Part shown: positions 25,779 through 36,490 of the stretch, one piece after another
How positions within the stretch are numbered: position 1 is the first letter of the stretch
Layout: each line of letters begins with the position of its first letter
NCBI GenBank assembly: GCA_010093705.1
Contig: MU006089.1
Span: forward strand, 602,607 to 657,081
Direction: 5' to 3'
Source: Patellaria atrata CBS 101060
Taxonomy: Eukaryota
Length of the DNA stretch: 54,475 bases
Position numbers and translations under genes: made by a program
Notes under the pieces: generated by a model
What the model was told of the DNA's origin: nothing
Database searches by the model: none
The model's input: only the letters and a program-made list of their open reading frames with translations

Positions 25779-27146
25779 CTACAACTTGCCCCCCAACCCC
25801 CTCAAAACCCCAACCGCGTCCCGCCTAACCCTCTCCACGACCTCCTTCGCCGCACAAACCTCCCTCACCAACCCAACCCCCGTCCCCGCATACATCGTCA
25901 GCCGTCCCTCGACCCCCCACCCCTCTTCCCCCTTNNNNNNNNNNNNNNNNNNNNNNNNNNNNNNNNNNNNNNNNNNNNNNNNNNNNNNNNNNNNNNNNNN
26001 NNNNNNNNNNNNNNNNNNNNNNNNNNNNNNNNNNNNNNNNNNNNAGCCTCCTCATATAACCGCCGGTTCTCAGCCAACTTCATCCCCCCCTCCGCGTCCT
26101 CCCAGCTCCGGTTCAACACACCCCGTCCCCCATACCCGGCCGGCCACTCCGGCGTCCCCCGCAGACTGTCATAAAGACGTGTTCGTAAGGTAGTAACGCC
26201 CCCGTCGCGCGTGGAGAGGAGCGCGCGCTGGTACCCCGCCGCGATGGAAGCTTCGTGCGTGCAGAGGAAGCGTGTGCCGACGGCGCCGCCGACGGCGCCG
26301 AGGGTTAGGGCGGCGGCGAGGGAGCGGCCGTCGGTTAGGCCGCCTGCTGCTATGAAGAGGGGGAGTTTGGGGGTGGGGTCGCGGGGGTTTTCTGAGGAGG
26401 AATAAGAGGTGGGAGAGGAAGAAGTGCATAATGCGGTCACGGCGTCGATGGTTTCAGGGACCAGGGTGACGATGCTGGCGCAGGCATTTAGGCCGTGCCC
26501 GCCGGCATCGGTGCCTTGCAGGACTAGGACGTCCGGGGAGCAGGACGAGACGATGGCGAGGGCGGACGTTACGGTGGAGGTTTGGATCCAGATTTTGGTG
26601 CGGTTTTGCGTGGTGCTGCGGACGGCGGTTGTCCAGGTTACGAGGGAGGGGAGGGAGGACGGGGCGAAGAACCATATTGCGGCGGGTGTGTGGAGTGTGA
26701 TGGCGGCAAGGAGGGAGGGGAGGGAGGCGCCGAAGTTGATTATGCCGATGCCGATTGGGAGGATGGCGGGGGAGGGGACGGGAAGGGGGGGAGAGAGGGA
26801 GGAGAGGAGGGTGGAGGCGTGGGTGAGGTGCGAGGATAGGGTGGAGAGGTCGGTGCCGCCGCCTATGAAGCCGATGCCCCCTGTGGGGAATTAGTTGGAG
26901 TGAGGAGGTCGAGTAAGGGGGTGGGTATAAGTGATGGGGATGAGGATAGGGTTAAAGGGGTGAAGAGGGGAATCGGGAACTGAGGAGAGTAATTGAAGCT
27001 GAAGAAGAGGGAATCAGACCGGCTTTGGAGATTTCAACGGCAAGAGGTGCGGCTGCTATGAGACGCATCGGTGCGCCGACTATGAGAGGTTGGCGGATCC
27101 ATGGGTAGTCAGTCTGGAGATTCGGTGGTTCTGGTGTTAGTGCCAT
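25779..27146 (-). CDS. Nitronate monooxygenase (2-nitropropane dioxygenase family, FMN TIM barrel); spans an assembly gap
   Basis: YPWIRQPLIVGAPMRLIA...VEISKA | GGIGFIGGG...VLVLQGTDAGGHG...LFIAAGGLTDGRSLAAALTLGAVGGAVGTRFL...YAGTGVGLV. One intron about 27019-26881; stop at 25779-25781. Confidence 0.9.
25935..26044. other. Assembly gap (110 N)
   Basis: Run of N characters. Confidence 1.
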
Positions 27147-27835
27147 GATGATGCTGTTTGTGAGAATACATGGTGGGGAAGCGTAGGGTATATATAAGTA
27201 CGGTAGTCATGTTAATAATAATAATTCGAGCTAGAGGAGGTGAGGTAGTTGAGGTTCGGGTTATGGATTTGTTAAGCACGTTAAGATAATTCCGCGGATC
27301 TAGAGCCGAGTGGTGCCGATCCGGGAAGGAGCCGACGCTTTAGTTCCCGAGGTCCAAGTCCTTGATCTATGGGGTCTCCTTTTTGATGTCCTCAATAGAC
27401 GATTAATACTGGAAGTCAACTCTACAGGAGGATATAGCTGTAAAAGTCTGTCCGGTTTCAGTTTAAGTATATTTAAACATCTTTCTCTGCATCACTCCAA
27501 GTTGTATTACTCTGCGTAAAGAGCAGGATGAGACTCCATGAAGGCCAATAGATATACGAAGTATTGATGAATCACAAGAGTCTTGTACGAAGTAATATCA
27601 GTTATTGTTCTTACGTGACCCAAAATCACTTTATGGTTGAACAACCAACGGATAAAAGAGGCCATATATCAGAATGTTAAAATAGCATCTCCAGTAACCT
27701 CAAAAGAATGAATAGCCCAAGACGCTATCATAGGTTTCCTGTATATCCATCCCTGGCTCTTCTCTCAATACATGCAAGATATCTCTGTCGGAAATGATTC
27801 AGAACGAATAGCTTACCATAACTCACCGGCATTAG

Positions 27836-29847
27836 TATCGTTTTCGTCCATGGTCCCTTGAGAAGCAGTCGAACATGGCGCATGAGAGACAAGGACGTTC
27901 CATGGCCGAGAGAACTTCTACCGAGTGCGACGTCCGATTCAAATATCAGTCCTCTCTTATGATCCGCATTTATCCTTCCAGGACTCCCACAATATGTGCA
28001 AGATATCACAGAAACTTTTGCGTTGTTTGCGCAAAAGCAGAGGAGAGCATGTAAGTTCAGCTAGGAATGGCGCTTTCGTATGCTAAATGCTCTATGAAGG
28101 TAGAACGGCTGATATTACTTGTAGCACATTCTCTGAGTGGGGCTATTGTAAAGTAGGTAGGTTACTGAGATCATATAATGAGTAATTTTAATGTGTGAAT
28201 AGGCTCTTGTTGGACAACTCACAGCCTTGCAGCGCACAATTACCAAGAATGTCATCGGGATCATATTCTTTGGGACACCACATATTAAATGAGACGTTGG
28301 GAGATCCCAAGATGCGCTCCACAAGATCACTTCAGCTTTTTAGGGAAAATCAGCTCCCTACATTCGATATCATGGTGAAGGAGCATTTCCCAGAAAGCCT
28401 CTCGCAACTGGATGTGGATTTCTCCATGCTCTTTAAGGCTCGGAGAAGACCTAATAATGCACAAACCTGACAGATCGTCTCATTCTATAATGAGCTTGAA
28501 ATTCCACGCATTGGCTTTGTATATTAGCACCCGTAATCTCTGGGGAGGTTACTAATCTTGTTTTCGCAGATCATGCCACCCATTAGTCTAGTTCGTCCTC
28601 CATTTAGAAGTTTAGGGCTTCCTACGGACTACGCAAGCTCGTCTTAGTTAACAAGTAAAACTGATATTGGATACGTTAGATTTATAGATGAGATCCAAAG
28701 GATCGTCGGCGACTCACTTGGTATCAACTCCCCTAATCTCTCATCAAAACCTATTACCTCCCTTGGCCCTTCTCTATTCAGCTTAAAACGTTCATTACTC
28801 CTATGGAAGAATCTCTACCAAGCGCAATACTTCCTGCGCGAAACAGTGGAGATTGTTAGTATTTTGGGTTCTGACACTGACTATGCGTACACATTTGAAA
28901 GAAAGCGCATGGCAAATGTGTATTTTGTTTGTTTCTTGAGGATGGCAGAGCGTGAACTTTGCACGCCTTTTGAAATGATTAAGGAGAATAAGTCCAGATA
29001 TGGAGACAATTTGCCCGAAACTGTGTCAACCTCTCTAGCACTGGTATATTTAGAACCAAACCGTCTCAGTGATGCCGAAGATCTCATTACCACTATCAGT
29101 GGACCAATCCAAGCAGATATCAGAGCCGCTTTGTGCTTCCGAAAATACAATTCTATGGAATCTCTAGAAATTCGCTCCAAGTTAGCAAACGCAGCAGAAA
29201 CCATGCACGGTAAGTCGAGCCTTATGGGACTACAATCCGCAACCTTCAGATCCCTAGTAGCTTTAGCCAGCGGGAAACAAACTGTTTTTGATATTATGAT
29301 CAACAAAGAGTCACGTTACAAATAATTACAGACGCCTTTTCTGGAACGCCTTCCGATCGTCCTCCGCCAGAAAGGTATCTTAGCTTTTTTGCTCCTGAAG
29401 AAACGCCGTTCCAACTTGCTACCGTCAAAGTCACTCAAACGGGAGGATGATTTGCAAAGGGCTACTAAGCTCGCATTCAACGCATCATATGGTTCGCGGG
29501 GAATCTATGCTTACCACGCGAGAAATCATGATGCGATATGTTCGATTTTCAGCGGACAACTATCAAAAGCACGTAATATCGCCACGGGTGTATCGGAAGA
29601 GTTGAAAGAGGCTGGTGCAGACCCCTCACATCCGCTATCAAGGGCATCACGATGGTTGATAGCAATGTTACAAGGGACAGACTCTTTGGAAGAACTTTTG
29701 ACGGTGATGGATCTAATGGCTTTTCTAGTAGACTGGGCCATTTCCAGCCAGTGGCTTCCGGACCTGATATTCAGTGGAGCGATATTCCACGAAGAAGAAG
29801 AGAGTCATGCGCTAAGTTACTCGCAAACAAGAGAGTATACGTCCTAA
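27836..29847 (+). pseudogene. Disrupted SesB/SERAC1-like alpha/beta hydrolase fused to TPR-like helical region
   Basis: IVFVHGP...TW...WPRELLP (frameshift near 27948) VLSYD..., ILLVAHSLSGAIVK* (nucleophile elbow; TAG 28154-28156), GIIFFGTPHIK* (TGA 28290-28292), IVSFYNE, TDIGYVRF (TAG 28645-28647 just before it). Then in frame LALVYLEPNRLSDAEDLI and HPLSRASRWLIA, with TAA at 29323-29325. True 5' end not resolved. Confidence 0.75.
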
Positions 29848-30263
29848 ACCTGGTGTTTCTTCATCTCGACCAAATTGAAAAGTGTCTACTCTATCAGATT
29901 CGTCACCCCTTGCTTACTTTACGAGCTATAGAACATTCTCTACATTGGCTCATTATTCCAAGAAAGCATGATCATTAAGGCAAAATACTGACCTTAATGC
30001 CGTGTTTAGCAGTAAGGCTTATATCCAACAAGGTACTACCCCAGTCTAACGAGATTTTGGCCTTGTACGAGTATTAGCGGTTCTTGAACAATGGATCAAC
30101 GATAGTGTCTTGAATTACTTTTTAGGTCGTGCACAGAAACTTCCTCTGGCGCAGAGACAATAGGGACCTGCCTAAAGCAAGTAAAGATTAACCTAAAGAA
30201 GACAGGGAAAAGATTTTTCTCTAACATTGAAAATCTAGAGTGGGCAATTTGAACACGATAGCA

Positions 30264-31620
30264 CTATTCCACCGACCACAATGTAGCAGCTTCAGACTTC
30301 CCTGAGATAAACTTTCCACCATCTGTCAAATTTAGAGCCGACTCCCTTTGCAAAAAAGATGGATCCGGGTCTCTTGTCGAATGTTCCATGCCTTTATTCT
30401 CTAGCAACGCTATGACGGCTATGTTATATATTTTGCAGGCGTCTGGTCGGTCGGTTGGTGTCGGTTGGAAACAGGCTCTCATCAGCACTTTCAAGTTTTC
30501 CGTATATTTATCGAACTGTCCCGATAAAATTGACTCTAGCTCCGTTTTTGGCATAGACCCTGAGCACATAAAGTAGATTGTACCTGCGTTGAGATCAAGT
30601 CAGTATTGTACGTTGACATGCTCATGGCCAAGTATAGCTTACATCTGCGAGAGTAGATATCGCGCTTCTCTGTCCATACGACTTTCGAGTTCCCCTCGCG
30701 AATTTCCTGATGTGTAGGGTAAGTGCTTGAATATATATATGCTTGTGATGATTTCAACTACTCTGTTGCTGTACGCTTGCTATACACGTACTAGAGGGTA
30801 TTCAATCTTGTATTTTCCATAGCTCTTTCAAGACATCTAACGTGGGGGCATGTATACCCTTTACATGGATCTTTCATCAGGTACAGGGTGCTAAATGTGT
30901 TCTTAAGATAGCACAGCGCTATGGTACAGGAAAGGGCAAGATGGAGAGAGGTACTCACCGGGGCAACGAAAGGATGGTTCCAATGTGTTTTGAAATCGGG
31001 ATGTTCTATTTTGAGTTCGACCGAGTGTCCAAAATCTCCCAGTTTAACACTAAGTTTACCATGAACGTCATAGAATAGGAAAACTAGGGTATGCATCGTA
31101 AGCGCCGTAACCGCTTGGAGAAGCTTTAGGTAGACCCACTATTGTCCGGTTTTATATCTCGGTGTAGGATCCGGCTCCGTTTTGAGAGATCCATTTTGGT
31201 ATCAATTTTAATGTCTTCGTTGGTCACATGTAAATATCTATAATGACAGTAGATGAGAGTTGAAGCAATTTGCTTTATATAGTGCCAGATATCCACTTCG
31301 TCAGGTTTCAAGCCCCGGGTTTCTAGATTACTGCACCAGGAAAGGAGATTTCCGTCTCTGCAGTATTCCATATAGATCTCACCAATCTTTGCATTCGATT
31401 TGGTGTATAGTAATTGAAGGTGCTTGTAACGAATAATGTAAGGATGCTCAAGCCTTCTTAACGACTCGTATTCGCTTTGAAGCTCCTCCGTCTGAGTACT
31501 CTTTGGAAGCATAACGTATTTACACGCAGCTTTCTATATCAATATCAGTAATGCTTGAAGATCGCTCCCCCGGAAAAGCATCTCGTCTCTTGTAGTCGCA
31601 CTCCCGACTTATAGTACGCT
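30264..31620 (-). pseudogene. Ser/Thr protein kinase (NIMA/Nek-like motifs), probably degenerate
   Basis: Exons give AACKY (subdomain II Lys), EYESLRRLEHPYIIRY, IYMEYCRDGNL, ILHRDIKPDN|I, VKLGDFG, PFVAP|E, KRDIYSRRC (normally DIYSLGC) and RACFQPTPTDRP. No intact Gly-rich loop or first exon was found, and the candidate upstream exon contains a TAA. The activation-segment IGT lies in a shifted frame. Confidence 0.75.
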
Positions 31621-32055
31621 TATGACAGGAAAACTTGGGACGTGTGCTGTATAGGTCCATAAGATTTCACAAGAGGATACAAATTCAACAGTGTTCCGTG
31701 GCGTGTACAACAAGCGTACTGTATAGTGAATTATCGAGAAGTGCTATGACATGGAAAAAGAGATTACATACATGGTCATCCGAGATTCTCTCAGCTACTA
31801 CAATATTGCCGCCGATTCTCTAGTCAGTGGTCCGATAAAGAATCTTGAGCACTTCTCGGTGAGGATACCTTTCCACTGTTAAGAGTAAAGAAGCGATAGC
31901 CTATCGGAAGATGTATGGTCTTAGTGTCAACAGACGTCGTAATCCTTCGCACCGTCTAACGCGTACTCATAGTGGAGCCGAAGTTTTTATTCTAAGAGCA
32001 ACTATACAGCAAGCCGAGAGTACCACGGAAAAGCCGATACGAACTCTTTCCAGCT

Positions 32056-33743
32056 ATGGCAGAAATCTTTACCATTATCGCCTTTCCGGTTGCAGCCTAT
32101 CAGACCATCGAAAAGTTCTATCAATTTGGACAGTATGTTCATAGGAAGTTGGAGGTGGACAGGACCACTCGACCGGAAATTGAGGCAATTCGTGAACATA
32201 TGAAGAGCCTTTCGGAAGGAAGTATTAAAAAGAATATGGAGAGAACGAAGTGGGTCTTCGAGTAAGACCATATTGTACAGAGCACTAAAATGAAGATAGA
32301 AGATAAGCTCAAAAAGTTACTTGAAACCCTAAAAGTGATTGGAGACGCTGTAGAGAAATCGATCGACAAAAGTGGAGAATTGAAAAAATTGAAATACACC
32401 CTTTTCTACGAAAGGAACATGAAGAAGGCTGTCAATGAACTTGAGATATGGGAAACTAAGTTCTGGCACCTCCATACTATCAACATAGACGAGAACTTAC
32501 CAGGTACTCACCTACTCGCTGGATCTCATTTCGCACCTGTTAAGGGAAGGGGCGGGATCTGGCCATCGGCCGTACCTCCACTACTCCGCTTGGTTATGCT
32601 GAGTACAAGGAAATGGGTAAGTTCCGAGAAGTCTGCGTATTGATTGAACGCACCCAGGCAGTCGAAGAGGACGGCCTTCCACTAATGTCACGGGGCAGGT
32701 TATTCTATAGAGGAAGATCGAAGAGCTGTAGTGGAAGAGGCAAAGGCTATTGCAGCTGATCTTACAGGAAAACTCCATGAGACTATAAGGGGACTTGCGA
32801 CTGGAGGCATCCTAAGATGCTTAGGATACCGAGATTATCCTATGACCGAACTCATATTTGAAGTTCCTGAAGGATGCGCCATAAACCCACGAACATTGAG
32901 GCAGATTCTTACTGAAGGTCGGGGCGGGAACCATAACAATATACTAGCGCCCTGGAATTTCAGAAATAGATGAATTAGTGAGGTCGCTTTTACAATGTAT
33001 GCTGTTAATGCTGCAGGATATGTTCATAAAAACCTGTCCCGATAACATTATCATGTTTTCTAAAGAATCTCGTTCGGACTTGCAAGACAGCTCGATGATG
33101 TTCCCTTTCAAAGATCTCGGCCCGGCATATCTTATGGGATTGCGTCTAGTTCGGAAAGTGGATATGGCCTCCCATCGTTACGGTGATGACGACTGAACCA
33201 AGAACTTCTACCGTCACCCTAAGCGACAGGGCATTTCACCCCAAGACCGTTACGAGCCTAAACATGACGTGTACAGTCTGGGGGTTTGCCTCCTCGAATT
33301 CGGACTCTGGGAGTCATTCATTGTAGAGGAAGATGGTGAACCTGCTCTCAGCAAGTATTTCCTCGATGCTGCAGAGGAACATGCTGGATGCCCCCCATCT
33401 AAATTTGGAGACTTCAACCGTCCACAGGGCGAGAGATATAGCAAAATGACCCCATTATGCTGTAGCTACCAGCTCAAAGACGTCTTTGTAAAGATCGCCG
33501 AGGCCCGACTTCCTCAACACATGGGGACTGACTTCACCGAAAAGGTTGTACGATGTTTGAGTAATGTAGAAGACTTTATTTTGAATGATATTATGCTGGA
33601 GGAACGGAATATTCTTGAGTGATGGCCCTTTAAGTGATCTGGATTGTGCCGGGAAAGGAAATGAAGTCCTAAATTTTATCACCTCCTTTGTTACGCTGGA
33701 TACTTCTCGATCGCTGGTCATTGGTTGTACTGGACCTAAATAG
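32056..33743 (+). pseudogene. Disrupted HeLo-like N-terminal domain plus kinase-like domain protein (fungal 'het-s domain' kinase-like family, MLKL-like architecture)
   Basis: Hydrophobic N-terminal helix MAEIFTIIAFPVAAYQTIEKFYQFG, then a helical bundle (KLKYTLF...KKAVNELEIW). C-terminal family motifs GILRCLGYR, GYVHKN/xPDNII, AYLMG, D*TKNFYRHPKRQG, HDVYSLGVCLLEFGLWESF, LPQHMG...VVRCL. Stops at 32263-32265, 32971-32973 and 33194-33196, plus frameshifts near 32550, 32700, 33030 and 33620. Confidence 0.78.
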
Positions 33744-34188
33744 TGCAGGTCAGGGACTCGTTTTAACGATCATTAGCACTGGCTATCCATCGTTATAGTA
33801 ATACGAAGGACATATTTGTCCTGTGGTTATGAACAAGATAGTATCACTATCTCGTGGTAGGTAGTGCTTTCAGGAATTAAGATGGCGACACAGGCGATGA
33901 GGACTAAGGTAACGTAGTTCTGGCTTTAACGCCGATTTGGGCTTAGTGTAGAAAAGATAGCTTAGTCATTCAAATTCTTTCATCCCAAGTTCCCGACGCG
34001 GTATCGAACAGACGTCAGGTCTCTTCACAAAAATATATACCTTATTAAGTCATTGGATCCCCTTTGACCTCAACTCTTCACGTTTGGGACGTCACGTTTT
34101 TTATTCAGCCATTATTATCATCACGTACTTTCGTTGGATTTTGAAATTTGTCACTTTGGTTACGGCTGTACACTTTTGGTTCACAAAG

Positions 34189-34934
34189 ATGAATGCGCCG
34201 GATAGGTGTGTATCTCAGAAATTCACTTTTACATACACCAGTTCTACTATCTCGCCACTTCCTTCCAAAACAATTCTGGGGTCTTCACAACTTCGCGCTT
34301 TCCAAATTCAACCTCCTCACACCCCGCCATGACGCACACTCTTTCTCAATCCTTTCCTTGCCCACCCCACTCTCTACTTTCTCCCGTTCACGAAACTTCT
34401 TCCAAATGACGATCTACACTCTATCCAAACTCGCCGGCGAAAACGGCGTGGGCAGGAGAGCAAAGTATAGGTCCGGCGGCAATATGAAAGCTGACCTTCC
34501 GGCCGACAGATTCGAGCTGTTCCTCCTCGGCGATGGCGAGAAGAAAGTAACCTGGGCGCTCGACACCCGTACGCTTCTCTCTTCCCACTTTCCACCCTAT
34601 CATCCCTCTATAGCAACGCTAATATCTACTTGTTTGATCTTATTTAGGCGTCCCTAATACTGCGATTTTCACGTTCAACAAAGAGGATCATACTCTCGGC
34701 AACCTACTCTCGTCGCGCTTACACAAGTACCCCACTATCAAGTTCTCCGCGTACATCATTCCGCATCCCCTCAAACCCTCGTTCGATCTCCGTGTCACCA
34801 CCGACGGCTCAATCACCCCACGTGATGCTATTGTTCAGGCCTGCCGAGATGTCGTTCAAGATCTTGAAGTCCTTAGCCGTGAATTCACAAAGGAGTGGGA
34901 GCTGAAGAAAATTACTAACATTGGAAGAGATTGA
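34189..34934 (+). CDS. RPB11: DNA-directed RNA polymerase II subunit RPB11
   Basis: MNAPDR | FELFLLGDGEKKVTWALDT | RVPNTAIFTFNKEDHTLGNLL...AYIIPHPL...FTKEWELKK. Introns 34206-34509 and about 34569-34648. Confidence 0.96.
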
Positions 34935-35380
34935 GATGGAATGAAATCTTAAAGACCAAAACTTGAAGGATGACACAATGCGTGTGCAAGATTTACTTGG
35001 TAAAAATCTAGCCACCAATTCTTTAATATCACAAGCGCGCTGAGCGGTAATTGTTGAAGTCTAAGAACACATCTCTTCTGGGGATGGGAGGTGGTTTAGT
35101 TGCAAGAGGACTGAGGAAATCCAAAATCTCACGTTCACACTGAGTACTGGAATTGTGTTGTTGCAGTAATTGTTTGGATTAGAGGCTGCTAAAACTACAG
35201 AAGTTATCAAGAATCCTCCAGTTCGGACGACCTTGAAAATGCCGATAAGAACACCACGCTATGCATTCGCTAACCATGCTAACCATCAAGTGAATACCAA
35301 GTTGCCCTTTTTTCTCCACTGAGTACCACTAACCATCATGTTCTCTTTGTTCCTTCACCGACTCGAAGTTCGCGAACCCT

Positions 35381-36178
35381 CTACTCCACCTGGATCTTCC
35401 TTGGTGTGAAGTTCTCAGCCTTGGGCACAACGATGCTCAAGATACCGTTCTTCAAGCTTGCCTTGACAGCGTCATGGTTGACCCTAGCCGGGAAGCTGAA
35501 TGAGCGGCTGAATGATCCAATCGCGCGTTCCGAGACCCAGTACCTGTCTTCATCTTCTTCCTCTTGCTGGTGCTGTTCTCCTTCCTTGCCGGAATGATTC
35601 TCCTGTGCTCTCGTGGCAACAGTGTTCTCAGTTGAAGCATCGGCGGCTGGCTTCTCGGATCCGTCTTCAGCCTCCTCAGAGACGCTAGGACGGTGATATT
35701 CGTGAGCCGAAGGTGCTTCTCCATTCGCGCCGGAAGCGTTCGCTTGTGACTGCTCCCCCGACTCAGTCACTTGCTTCTGCTGCTCACCACCTTGGATAGC
35801 ACCAGAAGCCTGGGCTTCCGGCCTCCTTCCGCGCTCCGAGCGGTGCTCAGTGCGACCGGAAACGGTGAGGGTATTGTCGTCCGTCCACTCGATGCTCAAG
35901 TTCTCCGACTCGATGCCCGGCAGCTCGCCGTGCAGCTCGTAGGCGTCTTTGATCTCGCGAACGTCGAAGGACGGGTTGAAGGTGCGCATCTGCTGCGGCA
36001 TGCTGCGCGTGACGGTGTTGGCGTAGTCGTCTAGAATGCGGAAGAGAGGTGCTACTTCCTGGAAGGGGCTGTAGTTGCCGTAGCCGCGCGGGAAGAGAGA
36101 CATGCTGCGCACCGGTCCGCCGTATTGAGAACCGGACTTGTTGATGCGGGAGAGGGGTAGTCTGGCTGAGCGGTACAT
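35381..36178 (-). CDS. hsp30: Small heat-shock protein (Hsp20/Hsp30, alpha-crystallin domain)
   Basis: Intronless 265 aa ORF. FNPSFDVREIKDAYELHGELPGI...TLTVSGR and YWVSERAIGSFSRSFSFPARVNHDAVKASLKNGILSIVVPK flank an acidic insert typical of fungal Hsp30. Confidence 0.93.
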   Translation of the reverse strand: MYRSARLPLSRINKSGSQYGGPVRSMSLFPRGYGNYSPFQEVAPLFRILDDYANTVTRSMPQQMRTFNPSFDVREIKDAYELHGELPGIESENLSIEWTDDNTLTVSGRTEHRSERGRRPEAQASGAIQGGEQQKQVTESGEQSQANASGANGEAPSAHEYHRPSVSEEAEDGSEKPAADASTENTVATRAQENHSGKEGEQHQQEEEDEDRYWVSERAIGSFSRSFSFPARVNHDAVKASLKNGILSIVVPKAENFTPRKIQVE

Positions 36179-36312
36179 TTTGAATGTTGGTGTGTTGAGG
36201 ATGGTTTTTAGAGAAGTTGTTGAGCGCGTTTTGAAAGCTTAAGAGTAGATTGCTGATTGTTGCTGGCTCTGATTTCTGATGATGGGGAGTTATGGTGGTG
36301 GTTGGAGGGTAA

Positions 36313-36490
36313 TATATACCCGTAGGTCCACTATTCTAGAAGAAACTAGAGGTATGTATTGTTTGACTCGGAAATTCATAATGAACTTTCGAACTATTTC
36401 TCGATTGTTCGAGTGCAGTCTCTATTTCCCGATTAGTGTTCATCTGGTGGTGTCCAGAAAGGGAGGGTAGGTTCCGGATCTTTCTAGAAT
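36313..36490 (-). promoter_or_regulatory. hsp30 promoter: TATA box and clustered heat-shock elements
   Basis: TATATA at 36313-36318. nGAAn/nTTCn arrays at 36334-36341 (TTCtaGAA), 36383-36410 (GAActTTC...TTCtcGAttgTTC) and 36472-36489 (TTCcgGAtctTTCtaGAA). Confidence 0.8.

Noticed and set aside
27500..33800. Amyloid signalling motif (HET-s PFD, sigma, PP/RHIM-like) in the cell-death island
   Set aside because: No terminal G/N/Q-rich pseudo-repeat was seen. GRGGNHNN near 32917 is internal to the kinase-like domain and too short.
27200..34000. Transposon boundaries around the island
   Set aside because: No terminal inverted repeats, target-site duplications or transposase/recombinase fragments were visible.
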